Translations under genes and position numbers: made by a program
The notes under the pieces: model-generated
Told to the model about the DNA's origin: nothing
The model's input: only the letters and a program-made list of their open reading frames with translations
Database searches by the model: none
Shown: one piece after another, positions 63,522 through 64,000 of the stretch
Layout of the letters: each line of letters starts with the position of its first letter
How positions within the stretch are numbered: position 1 is the first letter of the stretch
Virus record (IMG/VR): IMGVR_UViG_3300032242_002636
Location: 43,455-107,454 of that record
Length of the DNA stretch: 64,000 nt
Strand: one strand, 5' to 3'
Origin: a virus

Positions 63522-64000
63522 ATGGATTCTTCAAATGAAATAGATGCAATTATAGATCAATTGCGTGGAGATGCGGTTCCTTCTCAACCTAAGCCAACAG
63601 AAAAAACAGAGGTAGAAAATCTTAATGATGACAATGTTAGTGATTATGTCTATAAAAAAACTGCCGAAGTAATTGAGGTTGGATTGGAAGCTGTTAATAA
63701 TCTAAAGGATATGGTTACTGCTGGTCAAGATCCAAAGGAGATAGCTGCATTGGCTCAAATGATTGGTGCAGTCACTAAGGCTATTGATAACCTTAATAAG
63801 ATTAATCTTCAAACCAAGCAGCATAAGAATAATTTGGAAGTGGCAAAAGTCGAAGCAAGTGGTACAAAGGCTCTTCCAATTGGTACTCAAACAAATAATA
63901 TTATGATTGCTACAAGAGATGAGGTTATGAATAAATTGTTCGATAGACCTAGTGGTAAGAAAGAAAAAATAGAATTAATAGAAGGCGAGTTCTCTAAAGA
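63522..64000 (+). CDS. probable terminase small subunit (gp16-like), 3'-truncated; absent from the ORF track
   Basis: Manual translation MDSSNEIDAIIDQL...GLEAVNNL...DPKEIAALAQMIGAVTKAIDNLNKINL...TNNIMIATRDEVMNKLF. It has two long helices and a TNN-strand motif like T4-type gp16, and is open to the window end. Confidence 0.55.
   Translation, partial: MDSSNEIDAIIDQLRGDAVPSQPKPTEKTEVENLNDDNVSDYVYKKTAEVIEVGLEAVNNLKDMVTAGQDPKEIAALAQMIGAVTKAIDNLNKINLQTKQHKNNLEVAKVEASGTKALPIGTQTNNIMIATRDEVMNKLFDRPSGKKEKIELIEGEFSK

Noticed and set aside
1461-63890. Many short 60-150 aa ORFs antisense to or nested in long genes (e.g. 4455..4859, 20045..20467, 26739..27092, 28570..28842, 44211..44660, 63702..63890)
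   Set aside because: They fully overlap better-supported genes and have no motifs or upstream signals.
1-64000. Stop-codon reassignment, inteins or split core genes
   Set aside because: Core genes are full-length and of normal size under the standard code, and TAA, TAG and TGA all end genes.
1-64000. tRNA or other structured RNA genes
   Set aside because: Intergenic gaps are under about 90 nt and AT-rich, with no cloverleaf seen. A tRNAscan/Infernal run would be definitive.
1-64000. General palindrome avoidance (e.g. GATC)
   Set aside because: GATC, GAATTC, AAGCTT and TCTAGA occur repeatedly, so the depletion I noticed appears specific to CCWGG.

Overview
An AT-rich (roughly 30% GC by eye), gene-dense 64 kb segment of a large T4-like (myovirus) bacteriophage genome, read in the standard genetic code. 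No tRNA, rRNA or CRISPR array was seen. It carries a divergent T4-type replication/recombination set (clamp gp45, SSB gp32, helicase gp41, UvsX, PolB gp43, gp46/47, UvsW/Y, primase gp61, clamp loader gp44/62), late sigma gp55, ThyX, a DHH phosphoesterase, a DinG-like helicase and a GroES-like cochaperonin. Virion genes include a gp5-like spike, gp15, gp6, gp25, LamG/PKD/propeller proteins, a repeat-rich fibre and a probable small terminase running off the right end. The most striking accessory content is a large glycan-building system: about 13 glycosyltransferase-like genes (nine inserted between genes 47 and 46, one with a beta-1,4-GalT/GT7 domain) and two sulfotransferases, next to a Ser/Thr/Asn-rich fibre. 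Signals read from the DNA itself: (1) CCWGG is avoided by recoding Pro-Gly codons; (2) sigma70-type promoters mostly have 16-bp spacers; (3) a TAA(A/G)TA late promoter recurs; (4) many transcripts are predicted leaderless and Shine-Dalgarno sites are scarce; (5) genes 32 and 43 have candidate autogenous operators; (6) four late orphan genes share an N-terminal motif resembling a capsid-targeting sequence. All functional calls come from motif recognition and gene order; no database searches were run.
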